From the IMG/VR virus record IMGVR_UViG_3300027741_000002, positions 1 through 64,000 of that record: DNA of 64,000 nucleotides; one strand, written 5' to 3'. The position numbers and the translations under genes are program-made. This document shows positions 1 to 15,412 of the stretch, piece by piece. The notes under the pieces were generated by a model. It did no database searches, was not told the DNA's origin, and saw nothing but the letters and a program-made list of their open reading frames with translations. This stretch comes from a virus. Each line of letters starts with the position of its first letter. Within the stretch, counting starts at the first letter, position 1.

Positions 1-2328
<2,328 letters not shown>

Positions 2329-2342
2329 CCCCTTCTTAAAGG

Positions 2343-2381
2343 AAGCTGCCCGTTCTTCTTCGGAAGAGCGGGCAGTTTTTT
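2343..2381 (+). terminator. Rho-independent terminator
   Basis: Stem CTGCCCGTTCTTC / GAAGAGCGGGCAG with a cUUCGg tetraloop, followed by a T6 tract, just after the stop at 2328. Confidence 0.9.
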
Positions 2382-2447
2382 ATGCTCGTCTTTAAGATAA
2401 ACATCGAGATTTATAGTATAGTATGCCCCATACCATTGCAGTAGTGA

Positions 2448-4208
<1,761 letters not shown>

Positions 4209-4244
4209 AATAAAAATATAACAAACCGAAAGGCGTAGTAACTA

Positions 4245-4562
4245 ATGGCTACAACCTCAAAGGTTCTTTTTCGCGGAGCAGCGACAACGAACACAGCAAC
4301 AACCTTGTACACCGTCCCAACGACAAGTACAACAACGGTCGTCACCAGCATCATCGTGACAAACACCGCGGCGTCCGGCGCAACATATACGCTTGCCATC
4401 GACGGAGTTGCAATTGCGACAACCGTTTCTATCGCCGCAAATGATACGGTCATCATGGATCTTAAGCAGGTCATTCCTGCAAACGCAACACCAAAAATTA
4501 TCGCGGGTGGAGCGTCAGCGATTACCGTCAACTTTCACATCTCGGGAGTTGAAATAGTCTAA
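4245..4562 (+). CDS. Small virion structural protein (TLYTVP family)
   Basis: 105-aa beta-rich ORF; paralogue of 9689..10027; stop overlaps the next start. Confidence 0.65.
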   Translation: MATTSKVLFRGAATTNTATTLYTVPTTSTTTVVTSIIVTNTAASGATYTLAIDGVAIATTVSIAANDTVIMDLKQVIPANATPKIIAGGASAITVNFHISGVEIV

Positions 4563-5401
4563 TGCCCATTCAACGTCTCTCGAACGCGGGACAGAGTGGA
4601 TATCGCTATAAGTCTCTTATAGCGGGAATCACGCCTGTTGCGTCGGTGCCTACCATTGGAACCGCTACCGCGCTTACGTACTCTACCGCGTCTGTTACGT
4701 TCACCGCACCTGGCGCTTACGGGGCGACTACGTTCACCGCAACGTCGAGCCCAGGAGGACTTACAGGAACAAGCGCAACGTCTCCTATCACTGTAAGTGG
4801 ACTGTCTGAGCAGACCGCGTATACGTTTACTGTCACCGCGACGAATGCTACAGGGACATCGAGACCAAGCGCTGCATCAAGCTCGATTACTACGCCTGTT
4901 GCTTGGTTTCCCGATAGTGGATATGACTCTCTTGCAACTGTAACTCTATCAACTTCTGCAACATCAATTACCTTTGCAGGTATTCCTGTGGGGTATAGCC
5001 ATTTGCAGATTAGAGGAACATATACAGGAACGGATGTTCCAATTCCTCGCTTTAATGGAGATAGTGGTTCTAATTACTCTTTTCACGGTTTAAGAGGTAA
5101 TGGAAGTGCCGCGTCTGCTTATGCAGTAACTAATAATAATAATTTACAATTAGGCACCGTTGTTTCTCCAACTTCAACATATCCACTTTCTTTTATTTTT
5201 GATATTTTTGATTACGCCAATGTAAATAAATACAAGACTACAAGGTCTTTAGGTGGTTCTGATCAAAACGGTTCTGGTGGACCTGATTTTTCTTCTGGAG
5301 TGTGGATGAATACATCTGCGATTACTTCTATAACTATTCCAATAGGTGGTTCTGGTACTGCTTATCAATACTCAACCTTTGCTTTGTATGGGATTAAATA
5401 A
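4562..5401 (+). CDS. Virion protein with fibronectin type III-like domain
   Basis: FN3 signature (ITVSGLSEQTAYTFTVTATNATG) plus a C-terminal domain shared with the next two genes (SITF.GIP..Y..L.I...F.LYG). Confidence 0.7.
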   Translation: MPIQRLSNAGQSGYRYKSLIAGITPVASVPTIGTATALTYSTASVTFTAPGAYGATTFTATSSPGGLTGTSATSPITVSGLSEQTAYTFTVTATNATGTSRPSAASSSITTPVAWFPDSGYDSLATVTLSTSATSITFAGIPVGYSHLQIRGTYTGTDVPIPRFNGDSGSNYSFHGLRGNGSAASAYAVTNNNNLQLGTVVSPTSTYPLSFIFDIFDYANVNKYKTTRSLGGSDQNGSGGPDFSSGVWMNTSAITSITIPIGGSGTAYQYSTFALYGIK

Positions 5402-6690
5402 TGGCTACTAATACTTATGTTGCGCTACAATCTACAACTGTAACGGGAAGTCCTGTATCTAGTGTTACTTTTGATTTAACTACAATTAGCGGTTATACAG
5501 ATTTAGTAGTAGTAATTAACGGAACAACAACTGATGCAAGTACCTCTAATCTATGTATTCAATTTAATGGAGATACTAGTTCTACCAATTATTCAGCAAC
5601 AAGAATTTTGGGTGATGGCAGTTCGGCTTCTTCAGGAATACTTTCTAATCAAGCTTATGTAATGATTGGCGATGTAAATAACGCTAGATTTTCTTCTATT
5701 GTTAATATTCAAAACTATTCAAATAATACTACTTACAAAACCGTTCTTGCTAGAACGGGAAATGCAAGCGCTTATTTAGGTGCTTATGTAGGATTATGGC
5801 GCAATACTGCCCCTATTACTAGCGTTATATTTTCTAGGGCAGCAACTACTTTTACTGTAGGTACAACCTTCTCCCTCTACGGCATCCGCGCACAAGCAGT
5901 ACCCACTGCCAAAGCAACTGGTGGAACTATTACTTATGCAGCAGATGGATATACCTATCACGCATTTACATCATCAGGAACCTTTACTCCTAACCAAGCA
6001 CTATCTTGCGACGCACTTGTAGTTGCAGGTGGTGGCTCAGGTGGTCGTTCATACGGCGGCGGTGGTGGAGCAGGTGGACTACTTGGCTTTACTGCTCAAG
6101 CATTTAGCGCAACAGGTTACGCAGTAACTGTAGGCGCCGGTGGCGCTGCTCAAACAGCAGATACTTTTAGAGGCAACAACGGTAACGACTCACAGATTGC
6201 TGGACTCACACTTGTTAAAGGTGGCGGTGGCGGTGGTTATGACGCCGGTGGTGGAACTGGAGCAACCGGTAATACTGGTGGTTCTGGTGGTGGCGGTTCT
6301 CGCACATATGCTGGAGGCGCAGCAACATCCGATCAAGGTAATCGTGGTGGAAATATTTCTTCCGGTAACGCAGGAGCCGGTGGTGGTGGTGCAGGAGCAC
6401 AAGGCACAGATGGCTCTGGTAGTGCAACAACAGGTGGCGTAGGTTCTTCTTCTTATTCACAGTGGGGCCTTGCAACTACTACTGGTCAGAATTCCAGTGG
6501 AACTGTTTACTACGCCGGTGGCGGTGGTGGACAAAGCGCTGCTGGTGGTCTTGGTGGCGGTGGTCAGAACGTATCAGGTTTACCTTCATATAACTCATCA
6601 GGAACTATCAACACTGGTGGTGGCGCAGGTGCTGACTCAACAGTTGGTTCCGGCGGTTCAGGCATTGTCATTATCAGATACGCGTCATAG
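5401..6690 (+). CDS. Glycine-rich virion protein
   Basis: Shared N-terminal domain, then YTYHAFTSSGTF...VVAGGG...GSGIVIIRY glycine-rich domain. Confidence 0.75.
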   Translation: MATNTYVALQSTTVTGSPVSSVTFDLTTISGYTDLVVVINGTTTDASTSNLCIQFNGDTSSTNYSATRILGDGSSASSGILSNQAYVMIGDVNNARFSSIVNIQNYSNNTTYKTVLARTGNASAYLGAYVGLWRNTAPITSVIFSRAATTFTVGTTFSLYGIRAQAVPTAKATGGTITYAADGYTYHAFTSSGTFTPNQALSCDALVVAGGGSGGRSYGGGGGAGGLLGFTAQAFSATGYAVTVGAGGAAQTADTFRGNNGNDSQIAGLTLVKGGGGGGYDAGGGTGATGNTGGSGGGGSRTYAGGAATSDQGNRGGNISSGNAGAGGGGAGAQGTDGSGSATTGGVGSSSYSQWGLATTTGQNSSGTVYYAGGGGGQSAAGGLGGGGQNVSGLPSYNSSGTINTGGGAGADSTVGSGGSGIVIIRYAS

Positions 6691-6702
6691 GGAGATTAAC
6701 TA

Positions 6703-8052
6703 ATGCCAGCAAATTATGTATTACTAGAACGCATTCAACTTAACGCCTCGGCAGCATCAGTCACATTCAGCAACATTCCACAATCTGGCTATACCGATTT
6801 GAAAATTGTTGTATCTGCGCGTGGCACAAATACAGGAGCCACCAATGATTCCCCTGCATTGCAATTTAATGGTGATACTGCAACTAATTATACTTATCGC
6901 AGACTTTATGGAACAGGTTCGGTTGCTGGTAGTGACACAACAAGTAATGGTTATGCTTATACGGCTTACACAGGTTATGCAAATGCTACGGCAAATACTT
7001 TTGGTAATTCTGAGATATACATTCCTAATTATTCGGTTTCGGGAATACAAAAATCCATATCTTCCGATGGTGTTTCAGAAAATAATGCCACTACGGCTTA
7101 TATGGCTTTAATGGCAAATATTTGGACTGGAACTGCGGCAATATCAAGTATTAACATAGCGCCTGTAAATGGTAGCGGTTGGGCTCAATACAGCACCTTC
7201 TCACTCTACGGACTAGCCGCAGTAGACACTACACCCGCTATCGCTCCAAAGGCTAGCGGTGGAAACATTCAGACTGACGGTACGTATTGGTACCATACAT
7301 TCCTTAGCAGTGGAACATTTACCCCTGCTACATCATTAAGTTGTGATGTGTTACAAGTTGCTGGAGGCGGTGGAGCGGGTGGATATGGTGGTGGCGGTGG
7401 AGCAGGTGGAGTATTAAATTCTAATACTCAATCATTTGCATCATCAACTGCTTATGCCGTAACTGTTGGTGCAGGTGGTACTGCTGGGGCCAATAATGCA
7501 AACGGTGGGCAAGGAAATAACTCATCAATTATTGGCGGTTCACTTTCAATAACCGCTACTGGTGGTGGTTATGGCGCGGGACAAAGCGGAACTGTTGGTG
7601 GTAATGGCGGTTCAGGCGGTGGTAGCGTAAAAGGTAATTCAGGCGGTACTGCAACATCAGGCCAAGGTAATAATGGTGGTAGAGGTTATACAGATTATTC
7701 ACAATACAACTATGGCGGTGGTGGTGGCGGTGCTGGCGCAGTAGGTGGTAATAGCGCAAATTCTTATGGTTATCTTTCAGGTAGCGGTGGTAACGGAACT
7801 AACACTTATTCATCTTGGCTTAGCGTAACTGGAACTGGTGTTGGTGGTTATATCGCTGGCGGTGGCGTTGGTGCTTTCTACGATTGGGAAAACGCTTCTG
7901 CGGGTACTGCTGGTTTGGGTGGCGGCGGCGCAATTAATACTGCTGGTAAAGTTAATACAGGTGGTGGTGGCGGTAGTAAAAATACATCCGTTGGCACAGA
8001 TGGAACTGCTGGCGGTTCAGGCATTACAATTATTAGATACTTAGCATCATAA
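6703..8052 (+). CDS. Glycine-rich virion protein (paralogue of 5401..6690)
   Basis: Same architecture: YWYHTFLSSGTF...VAGGG...GSGITIIRY. GGAG Shine-Dalgarno upstream. Confidence 0.75.
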   Translation: MPANYVLLERIQLNASAASVTFSNIPQSGYTDLKIVVSARGTNTGATNDSPALQFNGDTATNYTYRRLYGTGSVAGSDTTSNGYAYTAYTGYANATANTFGNSEIYIPNYSVSGIQKSISSDGVSENNATTAYMALMANIWTGTAAISSINIAPVNGSGWAQYSTFSLYGLAAVDTTPAIAPKASGGNIQTDGTYWYHTFLSSGTFTPATSLSCDVLQVAGGGGAGGYGGGGGAGGVLNSNTQSFASSTAYAVTVGAGGTAGANNANGGQGNNSSIIGGSLSITATGGGYGAGQSGTVGGNGGSGGGSVKGNSGGTATSGQGNNGGRGYTDYSQYNYGGGGGGAGAVGGNSANSYGYLSGSGGNGTNTYSSWLSVTGTGVGGYIAGGGVGAFYDWENASAGTAGLGGGGAINTAGKVNTGGGGGSKNTSVGTDGTAGGSGITIIRYLAS

Positions 8053-8110
8053 ATTCTTAATCATTCTAGCTCAAAACGCGCTATAATATGCACATCGCAA
8101 AGGAGTAACC

Positions 8111-9685
<1,575 letters not shown>

Positions 9686-9688
9686 ACT

Positions 9689-10027
9689 ATGGCAATACAA
9701 TATAAAGTCCTAGGGCAATCTGCTCCTAGTGCATCAACAGACACAACTGCTTACACAGTACCAGCGGGTACAGGAAACTATGCGGTTGTTTCTACAATAA
9801 ATATAACAAACACTGGTTCATCTTTTACAGATGAAATCAGAATTGCGGTAGTTCCTTCTGGTCAATCATTAAGTTCTAAACATTATATTGTTTACAATGT
9901 GGGTGTATCTGTAGCATCATCTCAATCTTATACATTGGGTATTGGTCTACAACCTGAAGATGTAATAAATGTTTGGAGCACATTAGGAACTTCATCATTT
10001 AGCATATTTGGAACGGAGAACTCATAA
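9689..10027 (+). CDS. Small virion structural protein (YTVP family)
   Basis: KVLGQSAP...AYTVP...SFSIFG.E pattern; paralogue of 4245..4562. Confidence 0.65.
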   Translation: MAIQYKVLGQSAPSASTDTTAYTVPAGTGNYAVVSTINITNTGSSFTDEIRIAVVPSGQSLSSKHYIVYNVGVSVASSQSYTLGIGLQPEDVINVWSTLGTSSFSIFGTENS

Positions 10028-10569
10028 TGGCTACAAATCAATTACAATCAAATTCAAAGTTACGGCATCTTGCTACTTTCACTTCATCAGGAACTTTCAC
10101 CCCACCTGCTGGTTGCAATCTAGTTTATGTAGCAATTCAAGGTTCATCAGGCGGCGGCGCAGCAGGCGGTCCTGAGCGTTATGGCCAATACACGGGTACC
10201 TCTGGTCAAAATGGAATTTGGGGCGCTGGCTATGTTCAGGTAGCACCTGGTGTTGGATGTTCCGTTGTTGTTGGCGCAGCAGGTCCTAGAAGCGGAACCA
10301 GTACCAACGCAGCAGGCGGTAATGGTGGTACTTCATCATTTGACAATGCCATTACTGTTGTTGGTGGTAGGGGTGGAAACAATAACCCAGGTGCATCATT
10401 GTCTGCGCAAACAAGTTTACCAACAGTTAACCCTGGTGCATCAACATTGACTCGTGCTTCTTCAGCAACAACATCTAGTTCAAATGTTACTACTGGTGGT
10501 TCTGGTGGCTATGGAAATGCTCAAGGCGGCATAGGGACACAAGCAACTATTTATATTTACGCATACTAA
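10027..10569 (+). CDS. Glycine-rich virion protein
   Basis: FTSSGTFT.P motif with Gly-rich body. Confidence 0.65.
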   Translation: MATNQLQSNSKLRHLATFTSSGTFTPPAGCNLVYVAIQGSSGGGAAGGPERYGQYTGTSGQNGIWGAGYVQVAPGVGCSVVVGAAGPRSGTSTNAAGGNGGTSSFDNAITVVGGRGGNNNPGASLSAQTSLPTVNPGASTLTRASSATTSSSNVTTGGSGGYGNAQGGIGTQATIYIYAY

Positions 10570-10577
10570 GGAGAAAA

Positions 10578-10772
10578 ATGAAAACATTTGCAGTTTTAAA
10601 AGATAATGTAGTAGAAAATGTTATTGTTGCAAACACATTAGAAATAGCAGAACAAGTTACTTCTAGTTATTGTGTTGAAGTAAAGCCTGAAACACCAGCA
10701 CACATAGGCGATACATGGGATGGTACAACATTTATTCATGCACCAGTAGTTGAGGCACCAGTAGCAGAATAA
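10578..10772 (+). CDS. Small tail-fibre-associated protein
   Basis: FAV...V.NVIVA...IG..WDG..F pattern typical of small genes that follow glycine-rich fibres; AAGGAG SD. Confidence 0.6.
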   Translation: MKTFAVLKDNVVENVIVANTLEIAEQVTSSYCVEVKPETPAHIGDTWDGTTFIHAPVVEAPVAE

Positions 10773-11251
10773 TGCTTTGGTCTGAAAAGGTTATTAATTT
10801 TATAGGCTTGCCTAGACCTTTTTTCTTTACTCAATCAAAAGATTGGTTTAGAAATAACAAAAGGTTTGTTTATAAAAAATCACCAGTTCCATTTCAATCT
10901 ATGCCAGGTTTGCCAGAAGGTAGTGTTATTCGCCTTAACATTGAAAACGAAGAAAGGGCAGTTAAAGAAAACCTTTGTCCGTTTTGCGGTATTAAGATAG
11001 ATGAAGAAGAAACATCTATTAGGCGGAAGATTGAAACAGCAGTATTTAAATCAACCAGTGATTATGTTCCCTCAGATTTTTACCCGTTTCATATTACATG
11101 TATGAAACAAGGTAGAATTTATTGTCCATTTATGAGAGAACTTAAAGACAAAGATTTTCAAATTGCTTCTACTAAAGAACACTTAAAGTTTTTAAAAGAA
11201 AACTTTGATAAGTATTTTGTAATAGACTGGAAAAATAAAAAAAGGGGATAA
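10772..11251 (+). CDS. Hypothetical protein, possible Zn-binding (CPFC...HxxC...CP)
   Basis: 159-aa ORF coupled to its neighbours; Cys/His pattern. Confidence 0.55.
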   Translation: MLWSEKVINFIGLPRPFFFTQSKDWFRNNKRFVYKKSPVPFQSMPGLPEGSVIRLNIENEERAVKENLCPFCGIKIDEEETSIRRKIETAVFKSTSDYVPSDFYPFHITCMKQGRIYCPFMRELKDKDFQIASTKEHLKFLKENFDKYFVIDWKNKKRG

Positions 11252-11252
11252 C

Positions 11253-12005
11253 ATGATTGTTCAGATTATAGGATTACCAGGCAGTGGCAAGACAACCCTT
11301 GCCATTGAACTATCAGATAGAATCAATGCTGTTCATTTAAATGCAGATTATGTTCGCTCTACTGTTAATTCAGACTTAGGCTTTACTGTCGAAGATAGAA
11401 TTGAGCATGCTCGGCGTATGGGTGAAATGGCTCGTATGCTTTCTGGTCAAGGGTTAGATGTTGTAGTTGATTTTGTATGCCCAACACAAACAACTCGCCA
11501 ATCGTTTGGAAAACCAGATATTCTTATATGGATGAACACAATTCAAGAAGGTCGTTTTGAAGACACTAATAAACTGTGGGAAGACCCAATTGAATTTGAT
11601 TATCGTTGGATGAGCTATGACGCAGAGGGTCAAACAGATGCAATCATTAACCAATCTGGGTTATACGATTGGAAAGAACCAACTACTCTTATGCTAGGTC
11701 GATACCAACCTTGGCACGAAGGGCATCACGCGCTTTATAACGAGGCAAAAAAGCGCACGGGGCAGGTAATGCTTGGTGTTCGCAATACTCAGGGAACAAG
11801 TCCTAAAGACCCACTTTCTTTTGATGAAGTAAAAGACTACATTTCCCAAGACCCTCACATGACACGCGCAATGATAGTAAAAATGCCTAACATTACTAAC
11901 ATTGTGTATGGTAGAGATGTTGGTTATAAAATTGAACAAGTATCGTTAGGAGCAGACATTGAAGCCATTTCAGCAACTGAAAAACGCAAGCAGCTCGGCA
12001 TTTAA
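11253..12005 (+). CDS. cysC: Adenylylsulfate (APS) kinase-like domain fused to HxGH nucleotidyltransferase domain
   Basis: P-loop GLPGSGKTT, LNADYVR, DLGFT.EDR.E..RR.G. C-terminal GRYQPWHEGH (HxGH) and ISAT motifs. Confidence 0.75.
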   Translation: MIVQIIGLPGSGKTTLAIELSDRINAVHLNADYVRSTVNSDLGFTVEDRIEHARRMGEMARMLSGQGLDVVVDFVCPTQTTRQSFGKPDILIWMNTIQEGRFEDTNKLWEDPIEFDYRWMSYDAEGQTDAIINQSGLYDWKEPTTLMLGRYQPWHEGHHALYNEAKKRTGQVMLGVRNTQGTSPKDPLSFDEVKDYISQDPHMTRAMIVKMPNITNIVYGRDVGYKIEQVSLGADIEAISATEKRKQLGI

Positions 12006-12021
12006 ATATTGGTGGGTTGGA

Positions 12022-12288
12022 ATGGAAAATATTGGTAAAGCAGAAGAAAGATTATGGTCACAGCCGACAAAAGTAAACTCAATTTTTTGGGCATCCCATG
12101 CTCGATCACTTGCTAAAGCAGTTAGTTGGAGATTTTTTGGCAATTTAATTTCTTTTATAATTATTTATGAACTAACGCATAAAGCTAAACTAGCTCTTAT
12201 TGCTTCAGGTATTGAGTTAGTGGTTAAAATTGTTCTTTATTATTATCACGAAAGGGTTTGGAACAAAATTAAATGGGGTAGAGAGTGA
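12022..12288 (+). CDS. DUF2061-like small membrane protein
   Basis: RSLAKAVSWR...K.VLYY.HERVW.KIKWG signature; start codon uncertain. Confidence 0.7.
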   Translation: MENIGKAEERLWSQPTKVNSIFWASHARSLAKAVSWRFFGNLISFIIIYELTHKAKLALIASGIELVVKIVLYYYHERVWNKIKWGRE

Positions 12289-12956
12289 TTTACTCCCCCG
12301 ACCATAATTTTCTTCTATTAAAAAACCATAAAGTAGGTGGCACTTCTCTTGAAGTTCCTCTTTCTATGATTGTTCCAGATAATGCAATAGTAACCCCAAA
12401 GACTTCGGATAATCCAGCATGGAAATTAGATGAGCCTAAAATTGCTGGGTATAAACCTCGCAATTATGAAATTGGTTTTTATAACCACATCCCTTATGTG
12501 GATATTGCAAACAAACTTGATTTAAGTAAAGCCAATGCCTATGTATTTGTTCGACACCCCTATAAAGCAGTTTTGTCTGATTTTTTTCATAGATTATACT
12601 TTATTCAAAAAAATTTTATTTGGAACACGCTAGAAAAAGAAGAACGGCAAAACTTGGTCGACAGATACTTTAATGACGATTTAGGGTGGATTTGGTACAG
12701 AAGCTCAAAAAACATATACCTGCACTATGACGGAAGCCTTGCTGTTAATAAAATACTATACTATGAAAACGGAATAGAAGACGAAATTAACGCAGTTTTG
12801 CCCTTACACAATTTACCAAAAATACAATTAAAAATAAGAGAAAAAGCGTTTAGGCCAACTAATATTGTATACACAGATGTTTTTAATCAAAGCCACTTAA
12901 ACATGATTCAAGATAGTTGGCAATGGGAGTTTGAAAATTTAGGATACAGCATATGA
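12285..12956 (+). CDS. Sulfotransferase family protein (Sulfotransfer_2-like)
   Basis: 5'-PSB-like KNHKVGGTSLE and 3'-PB-like FVRHPY..VLS motifs; ends FENLGY. Confidence 0.7.
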   Translation: MIYSPDHNFLLLKNHKVGGTSLEVPLSMIVPDNAIVTPKTSDNPAWKLDEPKIAGYKPRNYEIGFYNHIPYVDIANKLDLSKANAYVFVRHPYKAVLSDFFHRLYFIQKNFIWNTLEKEERQNLVDRYFNDDLGWIWYRSSKNIYLHYDGSLAVNKILYYENGIEDEINAVLPLHNLPKIQLKIREKAFRPTNIVYTDVFNQSHLNMIQDSWQWEFENLGYSI

Positions 12957-13672
12957 CAAAAAAAATATTAGTCTCATTACCTGTGTACAACGAAGCTCGT
13001 TTATTAAAACGGGCTGTTCATAGCATCCTTGAGCAAACACATGAAAACTTTTCTTTAGTTATAATCAACGATAACTCTTCAGATAACTCTTTAGAAGAAG
13101 CAAATAAATTTTTATACGATCCAAGAGTTCGTGTTATAAGCAATGAAAAAAATAAAGGGTGTTTTTATAGTAAAAATCTTGGAATACGTTTTATGGAAAC
13201 AGAAGATTACGACATTTATACAACTCACGATGCCGATGACTTTTCACAACCAACAAGGTTTGAAGAAATTTTAAATGTTTTTAATGAAGATGAAAATATT
13301 TTAAACGTTCAAGATTTAGAAATAAGAATAGGAAATCCTCCACCAGAATGGTACAACCCACCTTTTACACCAATGATAAATATAGCCCACGGATTTTTTA
13401 GCAAAAAAGCTTTTGAAATATTTGGTTATTTTGATAATACAGAGTACAGTGGTGACGAAGACTACTGGCAAAGAGTAGTGCGCTACTGTAAACAAAATCC
13501 ATTTACTTGGAGAAGGTTAGATAAGGTTTTATATTATGCAGAAGTTACTGATGATAATATGATTTTAAGATACGATGACGATTTAAGAGTAGTGTACAGG
13601 GAAAAGTTTTTTAATGAAATAAATGGCATGTCAAAAACAAACAATTTTTATAGAAGCTTTTTTGAAAAATGA
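12953..13672 (+). CDS. Glycosyltransferase family 2
   Basis: LPVYNE, IINDNSSDNS, N.G, HDADD (DxD) and ED motifs. Confidence 0.9.
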   Translation: MTKKILVSLPVYNEARLLKRAVHSILEQTHENFSLVIINDNSSDNSLEEANKFLYDPRVRVISNEKNKGCFYSKNLGIRFMETEDYDIYTTHDADDFSQPTRFEEILNVFNEDENILNVQDLEIRIGNPPPEWYNPPFTPMINIAHGFFSKKAFEIFGYFDNTEYSGDEDYWQRVVRYCKQNPFTWRRLDKVLYYAEVTDDNMILRYDDDLRVVYREKFFNEINGMSKTNNFYRSFFEK

Positions 13673-14508
13673 TCCCACTTTTTGTTGGTGGAACAGGAAG
13701 AAGTGGAACAACTGTTTGCTTAGAGTATTTAGGAAGCCATTCAAAAATTTATGCAAGTAACCCAATAGAAATAAGAGTTCTAACAGAAAAACACGGCCTT
13801 TTAGATTTATTTGAAACAAAAAATATTTCTACCTTTAACACATACTTTGAAAAAACATGGAAGTATGGAACTAATAAAACTATAGGGTTACAAAATTTTA
13901 TAGATATTGAAGAACTCTTTGACGACTTAAAAAAAATAAATGCAAATATAACTGAAGAAACAATTAAAAATTTTTATTTTAATCTTATTATAAAACAAAA
14001 GGGGTTTAAGCAAGGATCTTTATATATAGGTGACTCAACCCCATCAAATATAAGGTATTCTCACAGAATAACTCAAATAATGCCAGATTCTAAGTTTATT
14101 CATATGTTTAGAGATGGCAGAGACTCTGCCTATTCTATCTATAAAATGAGAGACTACTTTTCTGTAGAGGGGTCTAAAAATGAATTTGACTGCCTTGATT
14201 GGTGGTACGATAGGATTACACAGTCTTTTGAGTCATTAAACCAGATAAATAAAGAGCAATACATAAACGTACGATTAGAAGATTTTGTTGAAAAACAATC
14301 AATTTTTGAACAGGGTAAAATATTAAAGTTTTTAAATATAAATAATGAAGAAAGATTAAAAAAATATTTTGCTAAAAACATTAATAAAAATAGCATGTCA
14401 ATTGGTGAATGGAAAAAACTTAATTCGTGGGAAGAGTTTGATAAAGCGTATTCTAATATCCTTGTAAAATTAAATAAAAAAAATATTAATATAGAAAAAT
14501 ATTATTAG
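13669..14508 (+). CDS. Sulfotransferase family protein (Sulfotransfer_3-like)
   Basis: FVGGTGRSGTT, KFIHMFRDGRD.A.S and VRLEDFV motifs. Confidence 0.85.
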   Translation: MIPLFVGGTGRSGTTVCLEYLGSHSKIYASNPIEIRVLTEKHGLLDLFETKNISTFNTYFEKTWKYGTNKTIGLQNFIDIEELFDDLKKINANITEETIKNFYFNLIIKQKGFKQGSLYIGDSTPSNIRYSHRITQIMPDSKFIHMFRDGRDSAYSIYKMRDYFSVEGSKNEFDCLDWWYDRITQSFESLNQINKEQYINVRLEDFVEKQSIFEQGKILKFLNINNEERLKKYFAKNINKNSMSIGEWKKLNSWEEFDKAYSNILVKLNKKNINIEKYY

Positions 14509-14515
14509 GAGCAAT

Positions 14516-15412
14516 ATGAGAGCACTGGTTACAGGCGGAGCTGGATTTATAGGCTCTAATTTAGTAGATGCGCTTATAAGTCAGGGTCACGAAGTAGTGG
14601 TCATAGACAATGAATCGGCTGTTTCTAATGAAAAGTTTTATTGGAACTCAAAGGCTGAAAACCACGTATTAGACATATGCGATTACGATCAAACCAAAGG
14701 ACTTTATTTTAAGGCAGATTACGTGTTTCATTTTGCTGCCCAAGCTCGTATTCAAAGAACGATAAATGAACCTCTTGAAACTATACGTGTAAACTCTTTG
14801 GGAACAGCAACTGTTTTAGAATGTGCAAAAGAAGCGGGCGTAAAAAGGGTTGTTTATTCGTCTACTTCTTCCGCTTATGGAAAAAACCTAGTGCCCAATG
14901 TGGAGACTCAACCTAACGATTGTTTAAACCCCTATTCTATTTCTAAAGTAAACGGTGAGGATCTATGCCGCTTTTATACAAATCACCACGGTTTAGAAAC
15001 TATTTCTTTACGTTATTTTAATGTCTATGGAGAACGCCAACCAGTAAAGGGTATTTATGCGCCCGTTGTTGGTACGTTTAAAAGACAAAAAGAAATTAAG
15101 ATGCCGCTTACTATTGTAGGGGATGGTGAACAACGCCGTGACTTTACGTATGTTAAAGATGTAGTTAACGCCAATATTTTAGCTGCAACAAAAGATGTAG
15201 ACCCCACATTTTTGGGACAAGTATTTAACATTGGTAGTGGAGTAAACTACTCAATTAATGAAGTTGCTAGCATGTTTAATCACAACGTTATTTACACTAA
15301 ACCGCGTCCAACGGAGGCAAAAGAGACTCTTTCCAACATAGAAAAAGCAAAATCTGTATTAAACTGGTCTCCACAAGTGGGTCTTAAAGAATGGATTTCT
15401 AATAATGATTAG
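14516..15412 (+). CDS. NAD-dependent nucleotide-sugar epimerase/dehydratase (GalE/WbpP-like SDR)
   Basis: TGGAGFIG, SSTSSAYG, YxxxK (YSISK), LRYFNVYG and GDGEQRRDFTYV motifs. Confidence 0.93.
   Translation: MRALVTGGAGFIGSNLVDALISQGHEVVVIDNESAVSNEKFYWNSKAENHVLDICDYDQTKGLYFKADYVFHFAAQARIQRTINEPLETIRVNSLGTATVLECAKEAGVKRVVYSSTSSAYGKNLVPNVETQPNDCLNPYSISKVNGEDLCRFYTNHHGLETISLRYFNVYGERQPVKGIYAPVVGTFKRQKEIKMPLTIVGDGEQRRDFTYVKDVVNANILAATKDVDPTFLGQVFNIGSGVNYSINEVASMFNHNVIYTKPRPTEAKETLSNIEKAKSVLNWSPQVGLKEWISNND

Noticed and set aside
4562-8052. Paralogous fibre domains as diversity-generating retroelement TR/VR pairs
   Set aside because: Similarity is at the protein level only; no near-identical nucleotide pair with adenine-specific differences and no reverse transcriptase in the window.
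11253-14508. Sulfur genes as DNA phosphorothioation or assimilatory auxiliary metabolism
   Set aside because: No Dnd/Ssp-like, cysteine desulfurase or PAPS reductase genes are seen; the context is sulfotransferases and glycosyltransferases.
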